From: Ostrea edulis
Lineage: Eukaryota
Direction: 5' to 3'
Assembly (NCBI RefSeq): GCF_947568905.1
Contig: NC_079166.1
Coordinates: 46,314,001 to 46,378,000 of the forward strand
DNA: 64,000 nucleotides
Shown here piece after piece: positions 11,427 through 27,190 of this stretch. The notes under the pieces were generated by a model, which saw nothing but the letters and a program-made list of their open reading frames with translations, made no database searches and was not told the origin of the DNA. Each line of letters begins with the position of its first letter. Within the stretch, counting starts at the first letter, position 1. Made by a program: the position numbers and the translations under genes.

Positions 11427-14400
11427 AATCTCCCATAATAATTAAACTTGTAGAATGTGGCATTGTGATTTTTTTTAAAAAAATACATGTACCAAATTTA
11501 ACCAAAATATTTATAACCTATTTTCTGAGTATTAATTGTCTCTAAATGAAGATCGCTGGTCATTTTGCTTTAACATACTGCATGTATCTTCAATCTAATT
11601 AAAATCAGGTCCAAAGATACGCTCACAATCGCTACGCAGAGTATACGGCGCGAATCTAAGAAGTCTGAATTTAATTACATTGCATGAATCTTATAACTCT
11701 TAGTCTAATAAGTCTATATGCATGTGCATGTAACTCAGTATAATGCAAAATTTTACTTGGTTCACGTGGTTTAGAGATTGCTTTATAATTCGGTAATGGC
11801 AGATAGAAAACTAAACTAATACTGAAGGCATATTTCGATTTACTATTTTTCTTACATACATGTATTACATATACGTATTTTTTTTATCACAATTGTACCA
11901 AATCATTCGATGACGTACATTTTTTGGGAGTCAGTAAAGAAATCTATGGGGAAAACCGCCTTTGGACAGGGCCTTAAAGATACGCAAAACCATAAAGGAG
12001 ATTAAAATCTCCACCGACTGAATGTGCGTATGTGGTCCGTTGCAAACCCGTCTCGTGACGTCATTGTCTCCCCACCCAGTTGCCCGTGAGATAACTTTTA
12101 TATCATTTTTTTTTTCTTCAAATCTTTCAAAATAAATCCATAGTGTTTTGTCAAAGCGTACTATAAAATGACATATAGTACATCAGCTGAAGTGTCCGTG
12201 TGGATCCCCCGGCCATTTTCTCATTTGTATGTAGTTACATCTACACATGTACATGTATATTGCTTTGATTTTGTCTCGGTGACTGCATAGCTTTCATGTA
12301 TAAAAATACCTACAGCGGGCCGAACATACACCCCTTTACACATATTTTGAAATGATTCAAATTCTTAAAATCGCAATATATCTTAATTTTGTTCATTTCA
12401 TTTTGATTTCTTTCTTAAAATTATTTGTTTAGTGTATCTTTTTTCTAATCAAATCTTTCTTGAAGATTTTAGTCGTAGATTCTAAAATAGTAAGAAATAA
12501 CGTAGCTTTACAGTTATGAGAGTATCTCATCATCCGCCGTGGACGAGCTCTGTAAGAAAAAAAAAGCAGAGAAAGTTGTTTTACATAGATATGGTTCGCG
12601 AAAATCACCGGCATATAACAAATTCATTACCAAAAAAGTTCATGAACTTCTAAAAGCTTTTGGAGTAAGTTCATATGACCCCGCTATTAGTTAAAGAATG
12701 AAACTTAAGACGTCCTCTAATTCTATTTTTGATAAAATTGCGTAGTTACATGTATCAAAATGAAATAAATCAGATATGCATACAGGTATTACAGGTCTAT
12801 TGTATATTAAATTTGAATATACCTACAAAGCTCAAAAACTGTTTAAAAATCTAATTCAACTTTGTTATCAATACCCGCACAATGAAAGAAAATGAGATGA
12901 TAATTTTCTGTAGAGAACACAATGAATATTAAATATATAGATCTACGCAACAAACAACAAGCATTTGATTTTCCTATTCGTCGAAAACCGAATGTACACG
13001 TGTAATTCGTTGCAAGAGTGTTTTAAGATCCCCCCCCCCCTCCCATTAGATTGTCTCTTTTATTGCACGATGAAGTGACCATAATCGATAGTCGAACAAC
13101 TTACTCCGCAAATGTCCAATAATATGTTCTAATCATTATAAAATACACGAAAATAAAAATTGTGTTACAATGCGAGTCTCTGCCTCCATAGTGTGTCAGC
13201 ATTTTGGGGGCAAAGAAAAATAAATGTATGTAGGTGTTTTGTCTAAAGCAGTGGTACATTTTGCATAGCTTTTGTTACCGTAACAGAACTATAGTGAATT
13301 CATTAGTATGTCGTACTTTAAAGAAAACAAACGTTTAGATGTGAGATACTTTAACAGGCTTAAAATGGAGAGGAAAATGTTGACGTCCACTTCCTTTGTT
13401 TTATCATACGAAGAGCGATGTTAGTTAAGAAATAAAGAGCTGGATACAGTAAGCATAGCATATCGGCCCTGTCCACACGTAAAAAAAAAATAAAGTTATG
13501 CTATCTTCAATTTCATTGCCCCAAATAATTTGTTTAACTCCTCCTGTGTATGGAAATGACATTTGTATATGAAATTGCACGTGCGTCTTAGAAATCTAAA
13601 TCCGAAACCGGAGTCATAATCACTTTTGAAAATGCATGAGGGTATGAACTGCAACCCTTCACACAGACATACTTCATGCAGCGCGTGAGATCAAGATTAC
13701 ACTGAAAATATAAATGTCTTCGTTCTGTTTCTCTGCCGAAGATAGAAATCAATAACTCTTTCAAAAAGGTACAAACTTCTAATTGTCTTCCATTTAATTT
13801 TAGTAAATGAAATGAACGGAAATCAATTAAAGAAAGTACAATTCGAAGATAGCACGTAGCAACGCGTCACTCCGTCTTCCAAGAAAGTTTTGATGGAGTT
13901 CTTGAAATATACGGCACAATAGCTAGCTTTCTCCAGATTTTTTTCACACGTCCACTTCAAAACATATCGCATTTATAAGTTCCACACTATCCCTGTTTTG
14001 TGTGTTATACTTAGGTTAGGATCAGCGATAAATCCGGTAAACGCTATGTACCGACATAAACCCTGCGGTACCGCCATGTCAGTATCATGGGTTTGTACGC
14101 GTTGTCTGTTATATGGACTTTAATGACCAATTCAAATGTTTACGTTCTTGAACACCGGTAGAATATCTAAGGAAGTGTAGATAACGTCATGCTAAAACCT
14201 AGTATTACATGTGAAAAATACGGAACTTGAAGGACACCATTGATCTCTTCTATGTCTTTGATATCCAACTGTGTTTCATCCCTTTGATAAGACTTACACT
14301 GTTTTGTGTGAATTAGACTGATGGGAAAGAGAATGCAAAGGTTCTTTTGAACAAAAGTTTTTACAGGAATAAGTTTACCATATTCTTTATCAGAAAGGCT

Positions 14401-15821
14401 ATAACAACATGTATTTCATAGGAACACGTTTTACACAAAATGATGATCCTTGAGGAAATTAGATCCTCGGCTTTTGAGCTCAACTGCGTGAGATGCTATA
14501 CCTGTGTAGGTACTGACTTCATCCTTACTTCGAGGGTCCAAACATATACATCCATTACTTCAAACATATTATACATTCATTTCAAACCCATACAGTTGGG
14601 GGGGAAAATCTGCGTCATTTCAAATTTTAAAGGTGTTGAAAAGGACTACATTTTGTGACGGAAGCATTGTTTAATCAAAAAGTCCTAAATCTGCATGGTT
14701 TTAATATCCAATATATGAACTTTTAAATGCTGCAAATTCATTAACTTTGTTGATATATTTTTTTCCAAACAAAACAGCAATGCTTAAAAATGTCTATATT
14801 AATTTACCCGACATTTTGTATGAAAATTCAGTATTTTAGCCAATAATTCAAAAATATGATCCATAACCCCTTCTTTTTAAAGTTCCATTTCATATTTTAA
14901 GGCAAGACTTTGTACCTTTAGTGCAGTTTTAAAAATTTACAATACTTTTTGTATGTTCTTTTGAGTTCTCAAATTCTATATCATGATTTTTTCTGTATAC
15001 ATGTACATGTACTAGTATTAAGTGCAAAAAAGTTGCTATCTATTTCCAATGCACTAGCATTAAAACTTTTTATATCTGTATTTTTAGAAGATGTGAGTAT
15101 GTTATATTTAATTGATGTAATTATTGATCTGTGTTGCTTATGTTGTGTTAATCACGTTTATGCAAATAAATCGAAAATAAATTTGTAAGTGCAAAAAGGT
15201 CAAGTTTATCACACTGCACTCAAAAACAAGTACTATCACCCCAGTTTTTTCATTTTAATTTCACAATTTCTCTTCAATGTAGAAATAAGAAATATATTTT
15301 TCTTAAAAATGACAATATTACAAAACTCTTTAAAGCTTGTCTTGAACATATCCCATTGATATGCAATCAAAAAGATACGAAACAAGCTACATTGTATGAC
15401 AACTTACTAATTAACAACTTACTAATTACCTCTCCTTGAATACAACAAATATTTACCATGCAAAGTACTAACAAAGTAAAATCACGTACGTCTTTGATAT
15501 GTGAAAATTATCATACACACTCTTTGAATATGGTAGATTCATCTGTATATTTGAGTATAGCAGCGAAAATGGTGTGGTGTTGCTCCACAGACATTGTCTC
15601 AAAGCAGTTATGTTTAAATGAAGTCTGAAGAGACGATTGAAAAGAACGTTTTTAGAATTGGAGTCATTTTTACAAACAATAAAGTAACGGTATACATCTT
15701 CCTGTTTTCCGTAAGAACATAAAGGATTGTAAATAATATTCCATCTGATATGCAAAATAAGACATATAGATATATCATACATTGATCTTTGTTCAGACTA
15801 TCATGTTTCGAAATTTGATTT

Positions 15822-16310
15822 CTAGTACATGTTTTCTGGTTTGCTCGAGATGATTTAGACTTTATAATAAGTTTAGACTTGTAGATAATCTAATACATGT
15901 TTTCTGGTTTGCTTGGGATGATTTAGACTTGTAGATAATTTAGTACATGTTTTCTGGTTTGCTCGGGATGATTTAGACTTGTTTATAATAAGTTTAGATT
16001 TGTAGATAATCTAGTACATGTTTTCTGGTTTGCTCGGGATGATTTAGACTTGTAGATAATCTAGTACATGTTTTCTGGTTTACTTGGGATGATTTAGACT
16101 TGTAGATAATCTAGTACATGTTTTCTGGTTTGCTTGGGATGATTTAGACTTGTAGATAATCTAATACATGTTTTCTGGTTTGCTTGGGATGATTTAGACT
16201 TGTAGATAATCTAGTACATGTTTTCTGGTTTGCTTGGGATGATTTAGACTTGTAGATAATTTAGTACATGTTTTCTGGTTTGCTCGGGATGATTTAGACT
16301 TGTAGATAAT
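15822..16310 (+). repeat. Minisatellite, 50-bp unit, about 9 copies
   Basis: Unit tagtacatgttttctggtttgcttgggatgatttagacttgtagataatc; units 1 and 3 carry an extra ~20 bp. Confidence 0.95.
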
Positions 16311-16776
16311 GAGGTTCCTCACCTGTATGGATTTTAAACATGTCCCTAAAAGTTATCAAATTTATCCCCGAATGTCGACAACACTGACCCAGCTCTACAT
16401 GATATTAAACTGCGTTTCAAATCTTGGCGATTAAATTAAATCAAATTATATTTATTTTACGAAATACCGTCCTGAAATAGACACAAATACATGCATTCGA
16501 AAAGAATTCTTCGTGTGACAAGGGGTGCTACTTACATTTACCACTATACTGCTGAGATAACTTCCACACCTACTGGAATACAGGTGGGGTGCTTATGATT
16601 AGTTTGTCATATTAGAAGTTTAATTGACCTGTATAAGACCTTAATTGATTTATAACAGTGTAAAACACATCAACTATGGTATTCACATAATATGGTGCTC
16701 GTATTGCGTTTGCTAAAATGAAATTCAGAGGTGGGTAATGTCTAATAGAAGATAATTCACATTATCCACATATTTA

Positions 16777-16779
<3 letters not shown>

Positions 16780-16827
<48 letters not shown>
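16780..16827. repeat. (CT)n microsatellite
   Basis: Direct reading. Confidence 0.95.
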
Positions 16828-16829
<2 letters not shown>

Positions 16830-17375
16830 AAAAGATTAATTTAACAAATATTTATGTGTTTTGTCGGATACTGACCTCAGGCAGCTTACAAATATTAAAT
16901 GTCGGTGAAAGTAAACCATATTTAATGTGCTGAAAATCGTACTTATCAAACCTATGGTACACATTGCGTTCCTATGTCCCCCAACATAATGCCTTATTAT
17001 CTTCTTTTTCGCAGTACTTTTGACATTGACAAAGCGCTATACGATTAACTAACGAAAACAATTTAAAAATTCTGAAAGTTGTAGAATTCCCTTCTCCGGG
17101 CAAGATCAGTAAAATAAACTACTAGTAACTATGATTATAATGGTACCCTAATCGAAATGTTTGATATGGTAATATGGAAATAAATAACACGTAAAAGTCA
17201 ATCCCACATTATGTCACGGTTTATCTTAATTCAAAAATATGAATACACTCTTAAATATACCAAGAGAAAAGGGGGCACTTTCTACATACGTGAGGAGGGG
17301 GAATGTTCGGATTTGTGTTCCGTTTTGGATGGAATTTTCTGATTGAAGACTTGACTTAACCGAAAGACTTCTTTG

Positions 17376-17975
17376 TCAGAAATTTGAAACACTTAGAAAA
17401 TGTTTCCAAACTCCGAACTTACCGTCTCTTCAAAAACCAGTATGGGCTGGAGCAGCACGTCAATATGGACTTACCAAAATCTGTACGATCAGCGATGACA
17501 ATGTTTCGTTGCGGTGTATTACCACTTCGAATTGAAACAGGTCGCTATAAATCTGAGCCACCTCAAGACAGAATTTGCCAATATTGTGATAAAAACGAAA
17601 TTGAAAACGAAATACATTTTCTACTACATTGTAAATTATATGAAAATAAGAGAAAAGACCTCTTCAGCAAAACAGGATTTAAAAATTTGTCAAATATTTG
17701 TCATTAGATAATGCACTCTTCTCATATATTTTATGTATATTTCCTAGGCTAGCCGCTATCTTCAAACTTGATGCTTTTAAAATCCGTCAGAACTTCACAA
17801 AAAGACATTCTAATATCATTCCATCTTCATTTATGTGTTTGTTTAAACATTGTAAAAATATTAATCAGCGACATACAGGTTCTTTGGGCCAGGTGTAAAA
17901 AACTACGTTTATTGTAAAATTTATTGTATAACTGTATCATTACACATGTCACTATAGTAAATAATTTACTTACTT
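17376..17975 (+). mobile_element. 3' fragment of a LINE (CR1/L2-group-like)
   Basis: ORF 17384-17707 KLRTYRLFK...FRCGVLPLRIETGRY...RICQYC...ENEIHFLLHC is the typical post-RT C-terminal zinc-binding region; short (ACTT)n tail near 17965-17975. Confidence 0.8.
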
Positions 17976-18752
17976 ACTCTACTAACCCTGCAATACCAAT
18001 GTCATTGAGTAAGACCTCTTCCATCGTGAGAGTCTGGCTCTAGAGCGAGACTTCTCCCAAAACGTTTGACTCTGTGTGGGACTTTTTAGGGAGCTGTGTG
18101 ACTCCAGAGCAGGACTTCCTCATTATAGGATCACACTTCCAGTGGAAAATATGACTCTAGAGGCAGACTTCCGGAGGATGCCTCACAATGGCGTTTTGCA
18201 ATTGGAACCAGCATTGCCGACCGTAAGATTACCGGCAACGGGTAATACACTGTTGATGCATGTGATAGACAAAGTTATACATGAGCTGAAAGGTCCATAG
18301 ATAGATGTTTTAGTGTCATTTTTGACATGAATGAGTTTTTTAATTTTCTCTCAGATTCCTACAGAAATGCCTCCATCGTCAGCTGTTGACACTCCGATAT
18401 GACCTTCTTCTGAAAGTGATTTTAATGTGTAATCTAATTGAAGAACGAGCTCATATATTTCCACGATAACTCAAACATGCTAGATAAAATAGGGTCATAA
18501 GGTACTCACAAATCTTTTGTCAAAGATTTTGCGATTTGACCTGCTTTAAAGCACTTTCTACATTTTATGCAGAATTATATTTGATTTGTACATGTACATC
18601 TGAGTTTTGATTAATAGCAATGTACTATGTACTGTCATTTAATTATTCGATTCGATATAATAAATGCTTACAATTAAAAATTACAATTTAAGAAAAATGA
18701 TTATAACAAAAATAAATATAGCAATATGCAACATTGAATTTGAAGCAAGCTA

Positions 18753-18796
<44 letters not shown>

Positions 18797-19743
18797 TCCT
18801 TCCATGTATTCAAATTCTCCATCGATTGAATTGTGAAAGCTGTGGTAAAATATTGATAGCTGGCTGTTTTAGAATAAGCTGCAATTTGCTTGTCTTTCTT
18901 TCTCCTTTTAATTTCTTTTATTTTGATAATAACGACCATGTCCATTAACTGATGTGACATTTTGGTGAGTGCAGTCGTCATCATTATAAACTGTGGACGA
19001 TTGTTTTCTTTCCTCGACGTGTGAGTAATACAGATTGTAAACTCATAAATCTATGATGAAAGCAATTTCCATACACCTTTATATGATGCGTCACATATTC
19101 ATTCATATCTTTATTTCGATGATATGTAAATTACTTTGCGGTTTCACTTGTCATGTTGTATGTACCTGTGGTTTGTGTATTCTTACGAGAAATACGACCA
19201 AGGCCTCTTCTGTTGGTACCTCAAACTATAGACTGAAACATATAGACCAGTATCGCAACTGTTGCTTTTATTTCCAAGTTGAATTATTCTTTACATGTAT
19301 ATTTTGATAATATCTTGCAATTGAACAAAATATATATATAAACGCATATGAATTTATTTAAATTTGCAGTCATCAAACTCTTCAGTGAGTCATGGATAGA
19401 AAAAGAAAGAAACGGGGATCCTGCACACATGACAAATCAATACAAATGTACAAAACGAAGGAGACAACTTCGAACTAAAAATATAAGCATTCATGTGCCA
19501 GGGATATTTTCATAGTATACATGTATCCCGTAAAGTGGAAGCACATATTAAATTATACATCCATTATACATCTATATTAAGTTATATTTCACCTGTTTTC
19601 AAATAAAATGAATCTATAACTTTTGACATGGGGGTTTCCGTGTGTCTGTTGGGTTAAAGAGGCTTGTTTGTTTTCTTCCTTTTTAAGAATGACGTTTATT
19701 ATTTAAATTTCTGTGTTGTGTTGCCTGTCAGCGTATGTGAAAA

Positions 19744-19833
19744 CCAATGTAGGCAGACAGCAGTCACGTGATCTAGATAACAGGTAAGCAGCACCTGTCA
19801 ATCATTGAATTCGTCGAGTTACCTTTATATATA
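19744..19833 (+). promoter_or_regulatory. Putative proximal promoter of LURAP-like gene 1
   Basis: CCAAT at 19744, E-box GTCACGTGAT at 19763-19772 and TATA-like TATATATA at 19826-19833, 88 bp before the ATG. Confidence 0.45.
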
Positions 19834-19913
19834 GCTTTTCAGGTGATACAAAATGCATTGATAACTTAAACTGTTCTCCAGTCAGCATTGTTTTAAAATC
19901 TCCGTAATCTAAA

Positions 19914-20724
19914 ATGGAACAAGACTCATCCATTGACAGAGTAACGCGTGCTCTGTCCACGCTCAAATCAGACTTGGTAGGTATTTATCAAAATATTTCT
20001 TTCAATCATTGTTTTTGATTTGAGAATAGTTGTGAAGTGATGCTGACGACGATTCTATTTGCAATTTTTGACAGATGGAGATGAGAAATCAGGATGTTAA
20101 GTTAATGAGGCAGCTGATTTCAATCAACACCACCATTGGAAGTCTTACCAACAAACGAAGTAAGAATGCCGTGCTAAGGAGCGCTAGTTTTGGGTCCATG
20201 AAGCGCCCCAATCTGCAAAGAGTCAACAACAAAAGCAACACTGATATCATCTGTAATCTGAAGAATCCGCTGGTCAGACATAGAAGCGCTCCTCTTGTGG
20301 CCGAGCTGAGGCGGAGTGAGGCATTTGACCATAGTTTTGAAGGTAATCAGTGGTATTCTGATTTTTCTGCCACTTGTGTCAAATCAATCTTTAATAAGTA
20401 AACGTTTTATTCTGCATGCATGACTTTCGTATGAAAAGTGTTTTTCAAAGATATTTTTTCTTTACAGACTCTGTAGAGGAGTTGTCTGGTTCACCTTTTG
20501 AATCTGAGAGCGACCTGGAATCCTTGTCTGTGTCCACAACCTCCCTGCCCCCTGACGAGGAGAGAAAATGCCCACTGTCTTACTTAAGACCCCTCCCCGA
20601 AGAAGACGATATGGACGAAAGGAAATATTATGGAATTCTGATGAAGAATATCAAATTGTGGAAATATTCTCAGGAATCTGTTGATAGCTCGTGTAGTTCT
20701 GACAGCTCGTTATGTGAAGTTTAG
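19914..20724 (+). CDS. LURAP1/FAM89-like small protein, paralog 1 (exons 19914-19976, 20075-20342, 20468-20724)
   Basis: GT-AG introns in phase 0 and phase 1 join into an open frame: MEQDSSIDRVTRALSTLKSDL/MEMRNQDVKLMRQLISINTTIGSL...; C-terminal YYGILMKNIKLWKYSQ. Family call is from remembered motif similarity, not a search. Confidence 0.78.
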
Positions 20725-23700
20725 GACAACATGCTCTTAGGAGCGCATCCAATACGTTATTGTACTACATTTGTATTTCATAGATATCCAAGCTGATATT
20801 ATCTGCTGATCGCAGATACAATGAATTCCCCGGGAGGACTACCTGTTTCTTTATTATTCAGCAGATGGAACTTTGTGTTCGTTTTATGCAGTCCCATTGC
20901 ACATCACTGCCATGTAAATGTACTATAATTATACAAAATGCTTCCTCTTGAAGTTTTGTTTCTATAACCCAGAACTAGGGACAAAGTGAGGATAGTACAC
21001 ATGTTTAAAATTTATTCAATCGGACAAAACTCGAACTTGCAATGAATCTAATTAGCATTAACAGTGTCAAGTGACGTACGTTACTGCCACAGATTCTGAT
21101 TGCTTATTTGCATATCATTTGAAAGTCCTATACGTCATCCAACTGTGCACAATGATGGTGCTTATATTTATTAATTTTTGTATTGTTTTACACTTGTTCA
21201 TATTTATATTAATTGTTTTAATAAAACTGAATCCAGTACTTAAAGGCTTTATTTGGTCTGTATCATCACTTGGTGCATTTTGTCGTTTTAAAAGGTTTTT
21301 AATGCAGGGATTATCTTTGAATTCTGTAGTTACTATGACAGACAGTGAAATATTCAGGTCTTATTTAATAAAACGCAACATTAACTGGGCTGTATCTCGG
21401 TAACACAGATATCATGCCTTTGATAAAGAAAAAAAAACATCCGGAAAGGAAATTCTCACCATTATTGCGTTTCACCTTATACGGCAGTATTTAAGGATGT
21501 TTAGTAGTTTTAAAACTATAGTTTGCATACCAAGATTATCAAGAATTTCAATTTCCAAATATAGGCTTACGTACCTACCAAATTTAAATTCCAACGACAG
21601 ATAAATGAAACTTAAAGTCGGGCTACTTCATCGATCTTTCAGTTATCATAAACAAAATCAAGTTAACTATCTGATACAAAACAAAACAATCATTATAGTT
21701 GATGCTAAACCCGTTCATAAACACATAAAGTAGCTAAATTGCATGTTATAGTGTGTAAAAATTACAGAGGGAAAGTCGCGTGGAGGTAGAGACTCAATGA
21801 GGATTTGTTGTTCCTCTGGTCACTCTTCCGTGTAATAGCAGAGTGTGAATCATGCGCTTCTTGTCTGAATTTTCTTTCATTCCGGAAGTCGTTTATTTTA
21901 AAACACCTTCATCTGCAAGGTGCGAGTTCAGCAGGTGCGCTCATCAGTATTTCTCTGAATTCTCTTTATGTCCACGATTTTGTTTTTCACCGAATTTAAT
22001 GTTTATGTACATTAAGTCACTAAATATAACGGTTATCGTGTGTATCTCAATGCGAAAGTACTCGCTCTTTCTGTTCTTCTTGACCGAGTTTTACTTCCGA
22101 ATAAACATTAAGATCATCATTTGGAGTTGAATTTATTACTTCTACTTAAACATTAAAATTACCAATTGAAAGTTGAAATGAATAGACAAGAAAATACATC
22201 CTTTGTTAGTTTCTTGAAATATATGTTCTTTCGCATTTGGTATGCACATGTACATAATAAGAATTCCAAATAAAACCTCTGTTGATTTGTTGAAATAAAC
22301 CATTTTCTAAATCTTTTGAATTTCCTTTAGTTTTTGGAGATCTTGAACTCATAAATGGCTGAATGTATTCGTTTTAGTGTACATACAGGATACTAATATC
22401 AAATCGATGATACTTTGCTGACGGGAATTTCTCATGTTTATAAACTAACAGTACATACAGATGTAGTTTGCACTCGAGGTAAACAAATCAGAGAAATGGA
22501 ACTTGGTCATGACAATTTAATGAATAGGAAATAAAAATGTTTCATGCACACAATGGTCCAAATTTTCATGCTGGTATACAATGCAAGATACAATTGTAAT
22601 GTAACGACTTTCGATTAGAAAGTCTAGCGTCACCCATTCTTCTTGGTTTATGAGTAAATACTGTTTTATTTTTACTTCAATCTGCCACCTTCGTCACACA
22701 CCCGACTCTTCCTTTTCCTAATGTCAATAAATGTGAATGTCTGTGGGGGAAGTGAATTTAGATGTGTAACTTCTGGTTAGTGGTTGAATCTTCGCCGACG
22801 TTGACCAAATTGAAACCTTACTGGATTTGACGGGAATCAGTTATGACGAACTCTATCTTTCGTCTTACGTAATTATTCAAACGTGTGTGCCTATGTGTGA
22901 ATTTTGTATGAGAATAATGACTGGTTGTGACGGATCATTAAACATGTTTCAGTTTAAGAATCTTATCATTTATAGCATGTATTTATTCAAAACTATTTTA
23001 CAAAAGTAACACAGATTTCTGGTTTATTGTAATCACAAGAAATTAAAAAAAAAAAGATATCTTACATCATCATGCCGTATTTTTCAAGAGGTGATCCGAA
23101 ACTTTGTTCGGAACGATTTATCATAACGCTAGCAGTTCTGACCTGATATTTATAATATTCTAAACATATCCATACATATTTATCTTCAAAAATTGTCAAC
23201 AGGGGCTTAAGTGTGAATTTATCAGTCATAAAGGGAAAGCTTGAATAATTTAATATCATGACTGTACATAATATGCCGGTATATAGAGTGATAGTTTTTG
23301 ATGAAAGGTTCTCGCAGTCAGATCTGCAAACTACGAAGATTCTCTTGAAAACATCTGTCCACGAACGTAAAATTCCAAGGAGATCGGACGCTAATCATCT
23401 TGTAATAAATAATGATTTGACGCAGTCATGGGGTATTCATTAAAAATCAATGTCATTCAAAGATCTTCTATATTCTCATCTTATTTCATGTTACTATTAT
23501 TATTTACATTAAAAAAAAATAATTCATCATTTTTAAAGCTCAAGAAGACAAAAGGACGGTTGTCATAAGTTTTATATTACTTGAACTAGATCTATTCATA
23601 AATGATGGAGGTCAATATTATCTTCTCGCAATCTATAAATACGTTTTGTTTCGTGATTTATTCAGTTTTTAAATCAGAACAGATAGCACACAGAGGTCGG

Positions 23701-25974
23701 GGGGTTCTGACAACACACCTGTTTTGAGGATTATTATCGACCACGTGTTCAACTTTGTCCTCGGTGCCTTTTTCTTCAATCACATGGGAACTCTGTTACA
23801 CGCCAGTATATACCCGTTAGCTCAGTGAACCAAACGAACTTTAAACCCTTTCAGATTCGGATGTAATTTTTGCTTATGAAGAATGACAAATCATTTAAAT
23901 CAGAAAATAGATCGATTTCAATAGATTTTATACATTACATACTTTGTACAAAAATCAATGTGTTTACCAAACCCTGGAATATACGTATATAAAGTGTTAG
24001 AAGATGGAAGAAGAAAAATGCTTGTCCATTTCAGAGTAACACCTCGTACATTCTCTTAAAATAATTCAATGTTATCATTAAGAAAGGAGGAATAGTTTTC
24101 ATTTCCCAATTCATAAACAACACGTGTAGTTTTTAAAAATAAATCACGACAATTTAGTTTGTCACAAAAAACAAAATGCAAAATATCCTGAAGTATAGGG
24201 AACTATCCCATCGGACATTACACTGTTTTCAACTTAAATCATTATCTTCACGACAACCACCTGATTCAATTTAGATCTAAAGTAAATTTTTTATTGATCA
24301 AAGCGTTTTAATTTTCTCGATACAAATCCTATAAAAACTGAAATCCGGGTCTTTATATTGTAATAAATGATTAATCATGACATGTTTAAAATTGACAGCT
24401 TTAAAAAGATACATTGGTTGTATTAGATGCATGATATCTATCAGAATTAATGTAGCGTGAAATGGAAAAGAAAGTTATTAACTTTATGTGGAAATCATAT
24501 TATTGAGTTAACCCAATATCGGAAATGGAAGTAATTAATCTTATCCGCAAATCACATGCATGTATGTCACCAAAAGAAGCCAATATTTGATATTTTGAAA
24601 CCTGCGCTATAGACCAGCTTCAAATTTCGTTCCATAAGTAGTAGATATTATAACCATGAATTACATACCCATTGATAGTTTAGTGATATCAGCAGGTAGT
24701 ATGTAATGTTGAATAAATGTACATGTTAGGCGAATCAATATTGCATAGAAATAAATTAATAATGATGAATACGCGGAATGATTCTAGCTCTTTTGCTTGT
24801 TTTTCGTCGGAATAGATGTTTAATTAAAACCCGAGAGTGTTTATACATCAAGCAAGACCAGACATGCGTATAACGCAATTACCATTGTATGATTTAAAGT
24901 AGGGATGTCAATGAGTGCCGGTTTAACCATCAACTCATTGAAACATTCAATTGTCTTATATCGAAATTGATACTCAGTTACTTGGGACACATATGAAAAT
25001 AAAGTATTATTTCGTTTCGTTATTTAACTTTGAAAAATAGAATAAAATGCCAACTCCAATTCTTAACAGAGAAGTATGAACAATCCAGTCAAATGGGTCG
25101 CTATTTCTTTACATTGACATTTAGCCCTGACAGTTGACGGAAGTCCATCGTGTGATTAAAGTAACGTGCAAATATGGAGCACAATACCCCGAAAGAAATT
25201 TCCCCCAACATTTTGTTTTTCACTTTATATGATCAAACTCTACAGTCTAATATGTTTAAAAGGTTTCACAAAATAATTAAAATTATTTATCACGACAGAA
25301 GCTAATTATAGAGAGTTTATTATTTGTTTTGAAAACAAAGATTGAGGTATGTTATTGTTTACGATGTTTTCAAAATACACATGTAAATGGATATCGATCC
25401 AAGTTTATTATATACATGTATATCACATTTCAAGTATACTTTAGGTAAAATGTGTCATTTAAAAGTTAAATTTGTGACTGTACAATATTTTAAAAATTTA
25501 AAATTAACATTTCACTGATTTGTTTGCATACATAAAAAGACTCGAGTCTTTGTTAACATTACACTGAGTTAAGGTTAAATTATTGCTCTAGTCCTTGCAT
25601 TCAGAAGGTCCACATTTTGGTTGTCAAGATTAAATAAGATAAATATGTATTCTTAATTTTTAACCCAAAAAATGAAGTTTTTTTTTAAAACGTGAACCAG
25701 TCCATTTAATAAAACGTAGTTTTTTTTAAACCAGTAAAATAAATCATAATAAGACACCGACACATTCTCCAAAATCTGGAAATATTCCGTCGTAAGTGAT
25801 TGCTTTTATGCAAGTAAATGTTACTGATTGCTATTACACAAGTACATGTAAATGTTACTGTAAAATGATAAGAATGACAATAATGATTGGTTGTTTTTGT
25901 TTTTGTTTACAAGTAAATAGTACTATAGTCATCGCTGCGGTCGCAGTGGCTCAATGGTGCCAAGAAACCACTTG

Positions 25975-27190
25975 CATCTATCTAGCAGTGCTTGGATTTA
26001 TATATTCTCGGTCAGGCTCTTTCTGTAAAGCAAAAACACATTTTTGTGAACAAGCACAACAAGCGATGTATGGTATTTTGAATAAGATAAGACAATTCAA
26101 TTTACCTATCGAATCTCAGTTTGGTCTTTTTGATAGAATCGTTGTTCCAGTTTTGACATATGGTTGTGAAATTTGGAGTTATGAAAATCTTGATATTATT
26201 GAACGTATACATTAAAAAAAAAAAAAGAAATATATTTTTCATTTAAAGAGTAGTAACCCCCCCCCTATGTGGTGTATGGTGAAACTGGACGTTTTCCATT
26301 ATATATAAATATTTTCACGAGAATGATTTCTTTTTGGACTAATCTACTGACTTGTACAGAAAACAAAATTGTCTGTGTATTGTATAAATTTTTACGTCTG
26401 CAACATTCTAAAAACGGTATTAGCAATTCCTGGATAAATTGTATTCACAAAATCCTGTCTTCATGTAGTGTCCCAAATATACGGGACGGGCAAGATTCTT
26501 TAGACAAAAATATGGTCTTTGCTATTGTTAAACAACGTGTTGGCGATCAATTCATTCAAAAATGGGAAAGTGTTATTAATAATTCATTAAAAGGCCAAAT
26601 TTGTATAATTTTTAAGTCCCTCTTTGGTCGTGAAAAATACCTTGAAAATTTACCTATTAAACTTAGAAAAATATTTATCAAATTCAGAACCTCGAATCAT
26701 CGCCCACCACCCCCCACCCCCACCCCCACCCCCACCCCAGTAGAGATAGGCAGGTGGGCAAATATGCCTTTGCATCAAAGAGTTTGTACACTTTGTAATT
26801 CAGGTCAAATATGCAGACGAGTTTCATTTTATTTTAGAATGCAAATCAATATGTGCCATAAGAAAACAATTTTTACATTCAAGGTATTGTACAAATCCAA
26901 ATATGGTTAAATTTTTTTTTTAAATAATGTCAACTACAAGTGTTAAAAACTTGAGAAACCTATATTTGTTTATAACAAAAATATACGATTTAGTCTGTCC
27001 TCCATAACTCATACATATATTCTATTTTGTTTTATTTTTTCTCGCTTCCTTCTTTTCTGTCTTGCCCTTATGTGAACATGATTATGTATGTGTCTCTTTT
27101 CCCTTTATCTCTTTTCCCATTGGAATGTATCACATGTACTTGACCCCATGTACTACGTATTGTTGGTTTGAGTGAATATAGAAACTTGAC
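25975..27190 (+). mobile_element. Decayed 5'-truncated LINE (RT C-terminal region)
   Basis: LGFIYSRSGSF...LFDRIVVPVLTYGCEIW...IERIH, then frameshifted MVYGETGRFPL...FRTSNH...RVCTLC. Boundaries approximate. Confidence 0.85.

Noticed and set aside
15822-16310. CRISPR-like array (also considered for 33536-33930 and 63132-63556)
   Set aside because: Units are head-to-tail with no unique spacers, there are no cas genes, and the context is eukaryotic; these are minisatellites.
18000-18470. Possible coding fragment (ORF 18076-18300 and minus-strand frames)
   Set aside because: No recognisable domain, and no consistent splice model could be built.
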